64,000 bases of DNA, from positions 38,190-102,189 of the forward strand of contig NMRA01000107.1 of NCBI GenBank assembly GCA_002633005.1. The letters run 5' to 3'. The stretch comes from Phoronis australis. Lineage: Eukaryota; Animalia; Phoronida. Shown here piece after piece: positions 55,001-64,000 of this stretch. The translations under genes and the position numbers were made by a program. The notes under the pieces were generated by a model. It made no database searches and was not told the DNA's origin. It worked only from the letters and a program-made list of their open reading frames with translations. The stretch's first letter is position 1; each line of letters starts with the position of its first letter.

Positions 55001-58000
55001 TGTAGTTGGTTTTCTGGATAAAACTGGTTTTCAGTGTTATCTTCAAGGTTATTACAACCAAACATATTTGTGAGCGAAGACGCTGGTATGATAGTATTGG
55101 CCATGATTGGAGATATGTAATCTCAGTTCAGTTTAGTATTTATTGTGGTGGTTTATTGAAGTATTCACCACATCCATAAGTGTATCTTATCAATTGTTTA
55201 TGAAACATTAAGCTGTTGCCTTATGTAATTTAACCCCCTCCACTAGCACCACCGAAGTGAAGGAGATGTCCGTGGCAGGCACCGTGCAGTCCCTTCGTCC
55301 TTGATTACGTCCGTCCGTCCGTCGTTACTTCCGTTTAGAAAAACGTTCTGTGCTAAACTCCTCTCTTTCTCATCGGATGTCGACCAAACTTTTTAAAATG
55401 ATTGCATAGGAAGTGCCGTTGCGCGTATCGGCAAGGTTTTACGATTGGACTGTATTCTCTTGAATTATGACCTGTTCACGCATGTATGTACGGAAACGTT
55501 CTTTTGTACGCAACTCCTTTGTTTCTGATCGGATGTGGATCAAACTTACAAAAAATATACTTACGAAGTGCCATAGCAGTCGAAAGTTTGCGATTCGATC
55601 ATATTTCCTTGAATTATGGCTCGTTGGTTCTCACACATGCATATAATAAAATAATGTTCTGTGTTCAATTCCAACTACATTTCTCAAAAATGACGAGTGT
55701 CTAGACCAGATGAAGTCATAATGCAGATGCTGGTAAAACATTTTAACATCTTTGTAGTTTCAACAGGTTGGTATGAGAAGGCTTCTCTCTGCATTCGCCT
55801 TCATACCTGATGAAAGACCGCTCTTATGAGGCTCGATAGCATGTTGTCTTTAACAACAGATTTTTCAGGGTTTTAAAGTGCTTTACCCACTTCTGCATCG
55901 TCTACATTTCTCAAGTAAACTTTTATATGAAGTATTGTTATCCGCTATTTTGCAATTTGAGGGTATTTAGTAATGGTCTCTTCTAGATTTACATATACAA
56001 GTGTATATCAGTATAGTTTGATTTTCATAGATTTACATATACAAGTGTATATCAGTATAGTTTGATTTTCATAGATTTACATATACAAGTGTATATCAGT
56101 ATAGTTCGGGAGCAGCCCATCGTTATGACAAACTTCGTTGAAAACACGACTAAACTTTTTGTTTGACAGCTTGATAGAGAGTCGCTCGTAGTGTTGAAAC
56201 AATCTCCTTTCTTCGGGTGTGCAACTATGTAGCAAAGCACCATACGGTGAATAATACGCTCACAAGGAAGTCACGCATTTCTAAAGATATGCCGGAATTT
56301 TCGCCGCTTGTCCCTCTGAGCGGCTTTTACCAGGATCAAAGAGAGCGCAGTGCCGGAATCAGGTACAATTGTGATGACCACATTGCCCGATGCCAGCAAG
56401 ACCCAATTAAATGTAATTATCCGACCATAAACTGTATTAAACATCTCTGACTGTCCATAATGGCGAATTTTCAAAATGCATTAACCACTAATTTTCGTTA
56501 AAAACGAACACCACGACGGTATTCAGCTGGAAAAAAAAACAACCAAGTACGGTTTTCGATTTTTAAAAATAGATGAACTAATAATCTAAAAACTACAATC
56601 ATTGGGTACAATTAAAGATACACTACAGCGCGTATTGATATACTCGGTGAATATACAAACGCTGATCAGAGTTAACAATGTCACGTGGATTTATTTTTTA
56701 ATATTCGTTCAATCTCGTTTAACCAGAATATTGACCAGGAAACAGTTGTACTTAACTTCTGCCCACTTTTCATTTTTTATTACGGACAAAGAGCTGGAAT
56801 AGTTATATAGTCAGTGCCACCGAAATTGTCCAGAGATTCCAAATCTTCAATTCTGGTTATCACCATATTTACACTTTTGTATATATTTTACGATTTGAGT
56901 TCTAATAAAGATTATATGTTTAGTGTACCTGTAATGTGGAAAGTTTAGGGATGGGCTCACAATGAACTTAACTAATTAAGTTTCCCTGGCGATCAAAATC
57001 TACCACTGTTTTGGTACTTCTAGTTTAAAACTTAGATAAAAAGTTATTAACCCGTTCCCGGTAAGAAAAAAAACAAGTGGGCAGAAGCATTAAAAATTAA
57101 ATAACGAAACCCAATATGAAAGATATCGTTCCTTTGGAAAGTGTCCCTTTGTGAAGACAAACACAAGTTAACCTTTTTAGTCATTTTGTAATATTTATAA
57201 TGTACCGAGTTAAAACTACTCTCCAGAGTTGCAGGCTGTAACTCTGCAAATGTCAGTGAGAGGAAATCAAATTGGGAGTACTAACAACAACCATTGTTGA
57301 GACAGTAATGCTAGCAATTATCTTTCCACTTCATTAGCTCAAATCTACTTCAATACAAAGGGCGTGCTGAATAGGCATCATAAAAGTTGTCTAGGTCTAA
57401 GGGAATCTGAGCGGTGACCAGTGTAAGCGAGAAATTCACTCTTCCTACCGTGTGTGTTGCATTCACACTCCCTTCTTGTATGCCCCTGTTCCTGCTGTCA
57501 CGTGTATTTCGCGGTTTATTTCGCTTCGTATGTGCTCATTCCACTGCCTGATCATCATGAGGCATGCAATGGCAGTACGCATATTGGAGTTTGTGGTCAC
57601 TAACGTGATCACACAAATCGTGACACGTGTTTGTCTTCAGAGCCTCTATGGCGTAGTTATGTAATCTAGAGTTAAGTTTTTCTCAGTTGTTAAGTGTTTG
57701 TTTAGGTGTTAGGTTACATTCTCTTCATTAGCATATCTCCTTGTTGTATTCCTGGTATGGACAAGTGGACGTTTTACAAAGAGTCTAGAATAAAGGATAT
57801 TGCATTCTCATTGTTTGTAGATTGCAGTTGTAGAGCGCCAAAGGAAGTTGTCAGCAGGGGAAATATGAGGGTAGCCGTGCTGGATGTCTGGTGTGACGTG
57901 AGATAAGCCTATCTCCAGACAAATATCCTTACAACATTCGATAGTGCAACATCCTGTTGATAAATGAGAGTATCGATCCCCTGCTTTCTCCTCAACGCTG

Positions 58001-60474
58001 GGATGTATTTCCTATTAGTCGCCATTGCCTCATATTATGAGGGTTCTCAAACGAGTACCTTTCTGTGCGTTGAAATATGCTTTTAAAATCAACGTGTAGT
58101 TTTGCTTATTCAACGCGTACTTTTAGTTCTTAAACGACCATCGTTCTGCTCTTATTCAACGCGCACTTATGGTTAATCAACGCGTAGTTTTACTTAATCA
58201 ACGTGCACCGTTACTTATTTAATGCAGGCAGTTCATATAGTTCAATCACACCCGCGTGCTCTCAGTCAAATCTCAAAATTGCGGAAGATTTTCTGACATG
58301 GGTGCAAGGCAACTTTTGAAGAATGTTGTAGATTCTTATCAAGTGGCCACGTAAATGATGGCGCAGTTACGCAGTGGACGTAAACTTGTCTTTGATTGGA
58401 CATAACGAATAACTAATTTGTGTCATTGATTAAGTAAAACTACCTGTTGGTTAAGCAAAAGTGCGAACAGTAAGAGCAGAACGATGATCGTCTAGGAATT
58501 AATTCAGCGCGTTGATTAAGCAAAACTACGCGTTGATAAAGCTCATTTCAACTCGCAGAAAGGTAGGCCTACTCGTTTCAGAACCCTACGCGTTTATTTA
58601 ACAAACCTACGCGTTGATTAAGCAAAAAGTGCGAGTAGAATAAGAGTAGAACGATGATCGTTTAGAAACTAATTCAACACCTTGATTAAGCAAAACTACT
58701 CGTTGATTAAGCAAAACCACGCGTTGATTAAGCGCATTTTAACACGCAGAAAGGTACTCGTTTAAGAACCTTTTGGCGCTTCATATCATGTCGCTCAGTG
58801 ATCATTGTTGGTAAGCTCTTGCTGTACGCGGACAAATCGTGGCCGACACACTCCCCTGGGCCCGGTCTCTAATCTTTGTACTCGAAACAAACTCGAAAAT
58901 ATATTTGGCAATTTCTCTGCTCCTTTTCTGCGAACTTAAGATAATTGGTTATCAGACTGTGCTCGAATACATTATACTTTATGCATAGGAGTTTCTAGTT
59001 CAAGTTTGCCCTTGAAGATCCTTATATTCGTGCTACAAACTCGACTAAAAACTCGAAATTTCGAGTTCAAACTCGAACTTATTGCTTTAATATTGGGTTT
59101 ACAAACTGTGGACTAAGGGCAATAAATTATCTACGTAAGTTATTGTGTGCTCGAGCATAGAATAATAGACACTTATCTTGAGTTCGCCCAAAAGTAGAGT
59201 AGAAAATGCCAAACCTAATTTCGAGTTCCATTTCGAGTAAAAAGATTGGAGACCGGGCCCTGATCTCCCCCGTGACTATTGACTTACGGATTCCATCGGA
59301 TGTGTATAACTGTGTTATCATGAAGTTCAATATGGGCCGATTTGTGCGTGGTTTGGAAACGTCATTAGTTCGTGAATTGTGTTCGTGCAGAGTGACAAAA
59401 TAAAAGACTTTCGGCATCAATAAAAATCATGCCTCTGTAAAATATCTTTGAAAAATAAAGGTGTCCTTATGTATACAAAAATGTTGTTAATGGTAAAAGG
59501 AACACTTCCACTACTAACAGCAAATACTTCAAAAGTAATGATAATTCTACGGTAACTAATACTATGGTAACTCATGCCAGCTAGTAAACTACCCACTATC
59601 ACTGTCATCGTGACTGTGTGTGCAAGAGCTGAGACCGTGGGTGTTCTTTGGTTTTCTTTTTCCGTATTTCTGTTATTGGCGAACTTGTTTCGAGAAATGT
59701 GTTAGTATACTGCGTCATAAATTGTTTACTTTGTTCGCATGCTACACGGAGGACACATTTCGTGTACGATCAACATGACGAAGTTACTGGCAACGTGTTT
59801 TGTCTCGAGGCCTCGTTTTTGATTGAAATCGGACACAAGATGGCTCTGTAGTAGACATTTTTCCAGAGCCTGGTCATTAACACATTTTTGGGGTCTGAAA
59901 AGCAACATATTGACGTCGGTGAAACTCAGTGATTGTATACAATAACGTCCTACGCAAACAGACGAATATTGTGTCTAATGAGGGTCCTTAGGATGGCAGA
60001 AATACATGAAGGGATTCGGAAAATATCTCCGGCCACCAAACTTAGAAAAGTTCTTGCCGACATTATGCAATAAAATGACATGCTACTGGCAAGTTTGCCA
60101 CCTTTTCCATTTTTTCATTTCCTGACAGTTCAAATAGTGGGGATTACATGTGACCAAGAGGAAAGTGCATAATTTTCACACTACGAAATTTAAGAATTTG
60201 TTACTATACCAATACCTTCTGATCTTAACGTGGTTAATAACATATATCGAAAAACAGAAACGAGGTGCATGCATACGCGTGCACGTGATCGACCGTGGTG
60301 ACGGCCTTATTACAGTGAGATGGCGTCAAAAGCTGTTTGTGTGTTTCCAGATGCTCCACTATCTGCGAAAGATTTCTTGAGCTCGACTTGGAAACGTGCG
60401 ATGTGGAAGGTTTCTTGAAGAACTTCGTTATTCCTACAAATAACGGAAGTGAAGTGAAATTGACGGAATTATAG
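18884..60474 (+). CDS. MSH5: MutS protein homolog 5, full spliced gene model (24 coding exons, 2508 nt, 835 aa)
   Basis: All 24 exons below join in frame with GT-AG sites. MSH5-diagnostic segments: [26 protein letters not shown], Walker [20 protein letters not shown], Walker [25 protein letters not shown]. Confidence 0.96.
20174..20297 (+). CDS. MSH5: MSH5 exon 2
   Basis: [41 protein letters not shown]; 124 nt. Confidence 0.95.
22896..22985 (+). CDS. MSH5: MSH5 exon 3
   Basis: [30 protein letters not shown]; phase 1-1. Confidence 0.9.
23474..23533 (+). CDS. MSH5: MSH5 exon 4
   Basis: [20 protein letters not shown]; gtaagt donor. Confidence 0.9.
23565..23730. repeat. Degenerate ~35-bp minisatellite
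   Basis: Recurrent GGAAATGT..GTC.ATGTTGTATTTTAT units. Confidence 0.7.
28358..28479 (+). CDS. MSH5: MSH5 exon 5
   Basis: [41 protein letters not shown]. Confidence 0.93.
28577..29443 (+). mobile_element. Diverged full-length copy of the same HINE family (MSH5 intron 5)
   Basis: 5' ttttACGCGCCCAC...TGCGGGTGCAT; degenerate monomers (gatgac...cagac...gccccctagttgc); 3' TGTGGGCGCAT 29409-29419, degenerate hairpin and CTCTTGT. Confidence 0.8.
29746..31147 (+). mobile_element. Non-autonomous Tc1/mariner (pogo/Tigger-like) DNA transposon, 1402 bp
   Basis: TIRs CAGTACAGCCACTGAATT(T/A)TTAGACT at both ends, flanked by TA on each side; no transposase ORF. Confidence 0.85.
31386..31459. repeat. 37-bp tandem duplication
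   Basis: TGTCTTGGCTATAATGTGTCCACTCTCTAAAT at 31386 and 31423. Confidence 0.9.
31870..31979 (+). CDS. MSH5: MSH5 exon 6
   Basis: [36 protein letters not shown]. Confidence 0.95.
32219..32271. repeat. 12-bp tandem repeat x~4
   Basis: (TACACAGAATAT)n. Confidence 0.93.
32332..32367 (+). CDS. MSH5: MSH5 exon 7 (36 nt)
   Basis: ttacag acceptor; (I)[11 protein letters not shown](R); gtgagt donor; phase 2-2. Confidence 0.88.
34094..34182 (+). CDS. MSH5: MSH5 exon 8
   Basis: [29 protein letters not shown]. Confidence 0.96.
35486..35670 (+). CDS. MSH5: MSH5 exon 9
   Basis: [26 protein letters not shown]...LRNIKNVP. Confidence 0.96.
35930..36151. repeat. ~32-bp minisatellite, 6-7 copies
   Basis: Unit GACTGAGATATTGTCAGTGAACTTTGTTTTAC; ends about 30 bp before the exon 10 acceptor. 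Confidence 0.92.
36183..36245 (+). CDS. MSH5: MSH5 exon 10
   Basis: [21 protein letters not shown]. Confidence 0.93.
36822..36893 (+). CDS. MSH5: MSH5 exon 11
   Basis: [24 protein letters not shown]. Confidence 0.92.
37310..37366 (+). CDS. MSH5: MSH5 exon 12
   Basis: [19 protein letters not shown]. Confidence 0.93.
37575..37673 (-). mobile_element. tRNA-derived SINE head (degenerate)
   Basis: Minus strand: A-box-like TGACTCAGTGG (37666-37656) and B-box-like GGTTGGAATCC (37624-37614) at tRNA-like spacing; no intact cloverleaf. Confidence 0.55.
37941..38933 (+). mobile_element. Diverged HINE copy (MSH5 intron 12)
   Basis: 5' ttattATGTGCCCATAT..TATGTGGTCGCAT; monomers with GCACCCCCTAGTGG (38333); 3' ATGGGCAC..CAACAC-ttt-GCATTG-CTCTTGT. 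Confidence 0.8.
39052..39124 (+). CDS. MSH5: MSH5 exon 13
   Basis: [24 protein letters not shown]. Confidence 0.95.
39662..39930. repeat. ~37-bp minisatellite, about 7 copies
   Basis: Unit CAACAGGCCATGGGATATGCTTATT(G/T)TGATCACCAGT. Confidence 0.92.
40299..40408 (+). CDS. MSH5: MSH5 exon 14
   Basis: [37 protein letters not shown]. Confidence 0.95.
40973..41053 (+). CDS. MSH5: MSH5 exon 15
   Basis: [27 protein letters not shown]. Confidence 0.94.
41430..41487. repeat. Perfect 28-bp inverted repeat with 2-nt spacer
   Basis: AACATTATTTTGGTGTGTAGTAAAGTTT-tt-AAACTTTACTACACACCAAAATAATGTT. Confidence 0.97.
41820..41865 (+). CDS. MSH5: MSH5 exon 16
   Basis: [15 protein letters not shown]; gtgagt donor. 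Confidence 0.9.
42222..42263 (+). CDS. MSH5: MSH5 exon 17
   Basis: [14 protein letters not shown]. Confidence 0.93.
42487..43270 (+). mobile_element. Degraded partial HINE copy (MSH5 intron 17)
   Basis: Collinear similarity to 60990-61500 (ttatgctgtcgtc..tgtccggcgtctgct..atctccaaa..gaaatttt..gatcggattact; cccgctagtggc near 43235). Confidence 0.65.
44561..44657 (+). CDS. MSH5: MSH5 exon 18
   Basis: [33 protein letters not shown]. Confidence 0.94.
45246..45335 (+). CDS. MSH5: MSH5 exon 19
   Basis: [29 protein letters not shown](R). Confidence 0.95.
45686..45812 (+). CDS. MSH5: MSH5 exon 20 (Walker A)
   Basis: [42 protein letters not shown]. Confidence 0.98.
45971..46120 (+). CDS. MSH5: MSH5 exon 21
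   Basis: [50 protein letters not shown]. Confidence 0.98.
49130..49348 (+). CDS. MSH5: MSH5 exon 22 (Walker B)
   Basis: [32 protein letters not shown]...PHLFVSTHF...VSYQ. Confidence 0.98.
49901..50112 (+). CDS. MSH5: MSH5 exon 23
   Basis: [47 protein letters not shown]...QMK(R). Confidence 0.96.
50514..51019 (+). mobile_element. hAT-like MITE, 506 bp
   Basis: 13-bp TIR CAGGGCTTGGAAT / ATTCCAAGCCCTG; flanking direct repeat CTAGGG; CpG-rich interior. Confidence 0.8.
51789..51811. repeat. (AT)n microsatellite
   Basis: About 11 AT units. Confidence 0.95.
52610..53738. repeat. ~450-bp direct duplication (52610-53061 and 53287-53738)
   Basis: Offset 677; about 5 substitutions; copy 1 ends at the N at 53062. 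Confidence 0.95.
55230..55700 (+). mobile_element. Second HINE-like family fragment
   Basis: (GTCC)n at about 55308-55322 followed by 2-3 related ~150-bp monomers (aaacgttct..caactcct..tcggatgt..caaactt..gaagtgcc..cttgaattatg). Confidence 0.55.
55984..56106. repeat. 44-bp tandem repeat x~2.8
   Basis: TAGATTTACATATACAAGTGTATATCAGTATAGTTTGATTTTCA, perfect copies. Confidence 0.95.
58037..58784. mobile_element. Foldback-like MITE with long imperfect inverted arms
   Basis: GGTTCTCAAACGAGTACCTTTCTGTGCGTT at left is inverted against AACACGCAGAAAGGTACTCGTTTAAGAACC at right; the arms are built from ~22-bp ACGCGTTGATTAAGCAAAACT units. Confidence 0.75.
58859..59259 (+). mobile_element. PIF/Harbinger-type MITE, ~400 bp
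   Basis: ~29-bp TIR GGCCCGGTCTC(T/C)AATCTTT(G/T)TACTCGAAA; 3-bp TSD CTG; internal AACTCGAA repeats. Confidence 0.82.
60351..60474 (+). CDS. MSH5: MSH5 terminal exon 24 (after a 10.2-kb intron; not in the ORF track)
   Basis: gtgtttccag acceptor; phase-2 join gives [41 protein letters not shown], matching the MSH5 C-terminal F..LDLE motif. Confidence 0.9.
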
Positions 60475-60961
60475 ACTTGTCTCCAGTTACATTTCTTCGA
60501 AAGGCCATTGTCTGACAGGAATACTCTATAAATGCGAATTAAAACAGTTAGGATGGGACAACGCAAAGATAAGTCTTCATTGGTGTATTGTTAATATTGA
60601 TGTTTAATTGTGTAATTTGTGTTCTGCGAGGATGTTGAAATAGTTCGGCTATATATTCTGTATTATGTTTTATTGTGATAAATTCCATTGAATACATCTC
60701 TGATGTGTTACTGTATACATATACTCTTTCACTTTAATAATTTATTCGAATAAGCAACATCACATGCTATAAGACAATACCCATTAATCTTCATGTCTAT
60801 TATTTTTTGCGTGGCTTTATCGGTCAGAGACAGGATAGCGGTGGGTTATTACTTGTACAACAATGCTCAACGTTGTCACCCGTTTATTGCCATAACAACT
60901 ACACCGTGCTACAACTAAAACTTGTACATCTATACTCAACCTTCTCACCTGGTTATTGCCA

Positions 60962-62933
60962 TTATTATGCGCCCACATATTTATATGTGGACGCATTATG
61001 CCGTCATCTCCGTCCGTCCGTCCGTACGGGCGGCATCCGTCCGGCGTCCGCTGCTCTATCTCCAAAACCCTTTGACATATGTTCATGAAATTTGGCCCAT
61101 ATGTTCCATTTATGAATGGGACGGCATGTGCGAACTTTCGGACGGATCCGACTACCGGTGTGCCCCCTAGTGGCAATTTTAGTTTTTTACGCTTACCTTT
61201 GTATCTTCAAAAGTCCTGAACGGATTTTCATGAAATTTGGTATGTAGGCACCTATATAGTGAGATGACGCTATCCTCCCGTTTTCAGATGGATTCGACAT
61301 AGTTTGCGCCACCTAGTGGCCATTTTTAGTGTTTTCGAGTCTGTTTTTGTGCGTCCACCCCTCTATCAACCAAACCGCTCAAAGGATGATTGTGAAAATT
61401 GGCATGTATATGCTTACTATGTAGAGGACGGTTGACGATGAATTTCCGACGATTTCGACTACTGTGGCGCCTCCTAGTGGCAGTGTTTTTTTTTGCGCCT
61501 ATGGCTGTATCTCCTAAACCGTTCGCAGGATCTTTACGAAATTGTGTAAGTATATTTATATGATGTTAACAACGGAAGATGACGACTTTTGCACGGATCC
61601 GACTACCAGTGTGCCCCCTAGTGGCAATTTTAGTTTTTTACGCTTACCTTTGTATCTTCAAAAGTCCTGAACGGATTTTCATGAAATTTGGTATGTAGGC
61701 ACCTATTAGTGAGATGACGCTATCCTCCCGTTTTCAGATGTATTCGACATAGTTTGCGCCACCTTGTGGCCATTTTTAGTGTTTTCGAGTCTGTTTTTGT
61801 GCGTCCACCCCTCTATCAACCAAACCGCTCAAAGGAGGATTGTGAAAATTGGCATGTATGTGCTTACTATAAAGAAGAGAGCTGACAATGATTTTCAGAC
61901 GATTTGGAGTACTGTGGCGCCTCCTAGTGGCAGTTTTTTTTTGCGCCTATGGCTGTATCTCCTAAACCGTTCGCAGGATCTTTACAAAAATTAGTAAGTA
62001 TATTTGATAAGTGTATTTATATGATGTTAATAACAGGCGATGACGACTTTTGGACGGATCCGCCTACCAGTGTGCCCCCTAGTGGCAATTTTGTTTTTTT
62101 ACGTTTACCTCTGTATCTTCACAAGTCCTTAACGGATTTTCATGAAATTTGGTATGTAGGCTCATATTAGTGCGATGACGCTATCCTCCCGTTTTCGGAT
62201 GGATTCGACCTAGTTTGCGACACCCAGTGGCCATTTTTACTGCTTTTGAGTCTGTTTTTTGGCGTCCACCCTCTATCAACCAAACCGCTCTAAGTATGAT
62301 TGTGAAAATTGGCATGTATGTTCTTGCTATGAAGAGGACGGTTGACGCTGAATTTCCAAATGACTTTGATTACTGTGGCGCCTCCTAGTGGCATTTTTTT
62401 GCGCCCATGGCTCTATCTCATAAACCGTTCGCAGGATCTTTACTAAATTTAGCAAGTGTATTTATGTGATGTTGACAACGGACGATGACGACTTTAGGAT
62501 GATTCTGACTACCGGTATGCCTCTAGTGGCAATTTAAGTATTTTACATTGACTTCTGTATTTTCATAGGTCTTCAGGTGTATACTTTGTGTTACTTCGTG
62601 ACTATGAAGGAAAAGTTCCAAGTAGAAATTTGTTTCTGGCATTCTAATGCTGTGCTAATGTCGTATGTTTGTAAATTTGTTTTTAATTCTATGTTTCTGT
62701 GGTGCTTTAAGCAACTGATGTATAGGATGTGCTTGTATTATGAAGATCACTCACATTTTGCCCCTAGCCTATTGAAGAGACATTGACCATGCCTTTCCAT
62801 TTTGCAAAGTGCAACATACTACATACTGTATATGCCCTCTACTGACCACTTTATGGTGCCAATAAACAACCCTAGAAGGATACCGTATACGGTGCAATTG
62901 TGGGCGCATTTCAACGCTCTGCGTTGCTCTTGT
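60962..62933 (+). mobile_element. Full-length non-autonomous Helentron (HINE/DINE-1/pearl-like) with internal ~150-bp tandem array
   Basis: 5' palindrome ATGCGCCCACATAT-tt-ATATGTGGACGCAT (60967-60996); (GTCC)n at about 61010; tandem monomers 61030-62530; 3' subTIR TGTGGGCGCAT 62899-62909; hairpin CAACGC-tct-GCGTTG 62912-62926; CTCTTGT end; no TSD. Confidence 0.88.
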
Positions 62934-63050
62934 AACTACATAGTGCCACAGTAAAACTTGTACATCTGTACTCAACGTTCTCACCTGGTTATTGCCATTC
63001 TAACTACATAGTGCCACAGTAAAACTTGTACATCTGTACTCAACGTTCTC
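62933..63050. repeat. 68-bp tandem repeat interrupted by the HINE (left part at about 60850-60963)
   Basis: AAAACTTGTACATCT.TACTCAAC.TTCTCACCTGGTTATTGCCATT occurs on both sides of the element. Confidence 0.85.
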
Positions 63051-64000
63051 ATCCGCTTATTTAACATGTTTACAACCGGTTTTCAAAACTACTGGTCACA
63101 CTATGAGACATATCTAAAACAATTATTACCTGCTTGAAAGGTTACTGCTGTGAATTGTAACTAATTTTAATTGAAGGAAACTATGAGAACATAGGATAGT
63201 GTTCAGTTGATTACTAAAACAGGCCTAGAACGCGAAAAACAGACTAAGTTGCATTATTCAGAGTGGTTCTCTGCCACTGAGACAGAAGACCCGTTCACCA
63301 AGTATTTTACCGTTTTGAATTTTTGTTGATATCAAAGCATTTCTTCTTTAGTTTCAATTTTCAAAAAACGCTCTATCATCTGCCCGTCTCTTCGTCGATT
63401 TCTCTCCCATGAGGCAAAGCACGTATCCTTATTTGGTGTGGCAAGACATAGACGTTACAAATTTACCTTATATGGAAAATGTGACCTTTGATGTAAATAA
63501 AACTATGTCGATTTCCAGCAGCAGCCAGACAGACTTCTTTGAGTGCGTGCGCGCATAAAGAGGGGGTGGGGGATTTGAAACTGTATTGGGATGGGAGAGT
63601 TTATATTTCGTCTGTATTTCAAAAATAGAGAATCGATGACTTCTAGAAATTCTTACAATACTCAAATTGATTAAAGTCCTTGTTGCAAACTGCCCATGTG
63701 GTTCTAGCATCCGAAAATACTTACTACATAAAATCTTATTTTCGACACCCTTTCTTTACATTCTTTTCGTCTTTCTTGCCAAAAGCGATTTTTCAACCGT
63801 ATTTGACCCTTTTCTCTGAGCGTACGATTACCGGTTGTCATCGGTTATTTCCGTACCCACATTTCCGGCTCATCAGTTCAGGAACTTGTCCTGAACGCCG
63901 CCATTTTTTCCTTGTAACTGAATGTGCTATGGCTTGCTCGAAAAGTCTTCATTATTTTGTTTTATTAGTAATATATCGTGATTCGTTTGCATATGTAGTG

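Noticed and set aside
56289-57897. Possible nested exons (MPEFSPLV... at 56289 and ...[11 protein letters not shown] near 57821)
   Set aside because: Splice phases are inconsistent, the join from the ATG frame hits a stop, and no homology is recognised.

Overview
This is AT-rich animal genomic DNA, not prokaryotic. The Jun sequence style and repeat families suggest a lophotrochozoan, probably a mollusc (inference). Three genes are supported: (1) the last two exons of a leucine-rich-repeat gene on +, resembling LRRC41 (4783-4867, 10689-10935); (2) an intronless c-Jun/AP-1 gene on - (15105-15986) with a very legible immediate-early promoter; (3) a complete MSH5 meiotic MutS-gamma gene on +, head-to-head with jun, assembled by hand from 24 GT-AG coding exons (18884-60474; 2508 nt, 835 aa). 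Most other ORFs in the track look spurious. The introns and flanks carry MITEs, a tRNA-derived SINE, minisatellites and several copies of a non-autonomous Helentron (HINE/DINE-1/pearl-like) family. The best-preserved copy carries about 10 co-oriented CTCF-like motifs in a 3-mer higher-order repeat. The most notable observations are the mammalian-like c-jun promoter architecture, the transposon-borne CTCF-motif array, an octamer/homeodomain minisatellite, and a jun-like motif cluster inside MSH5 intron 4. No database search was run; all comparisons with human sequences are from memory and need checking.
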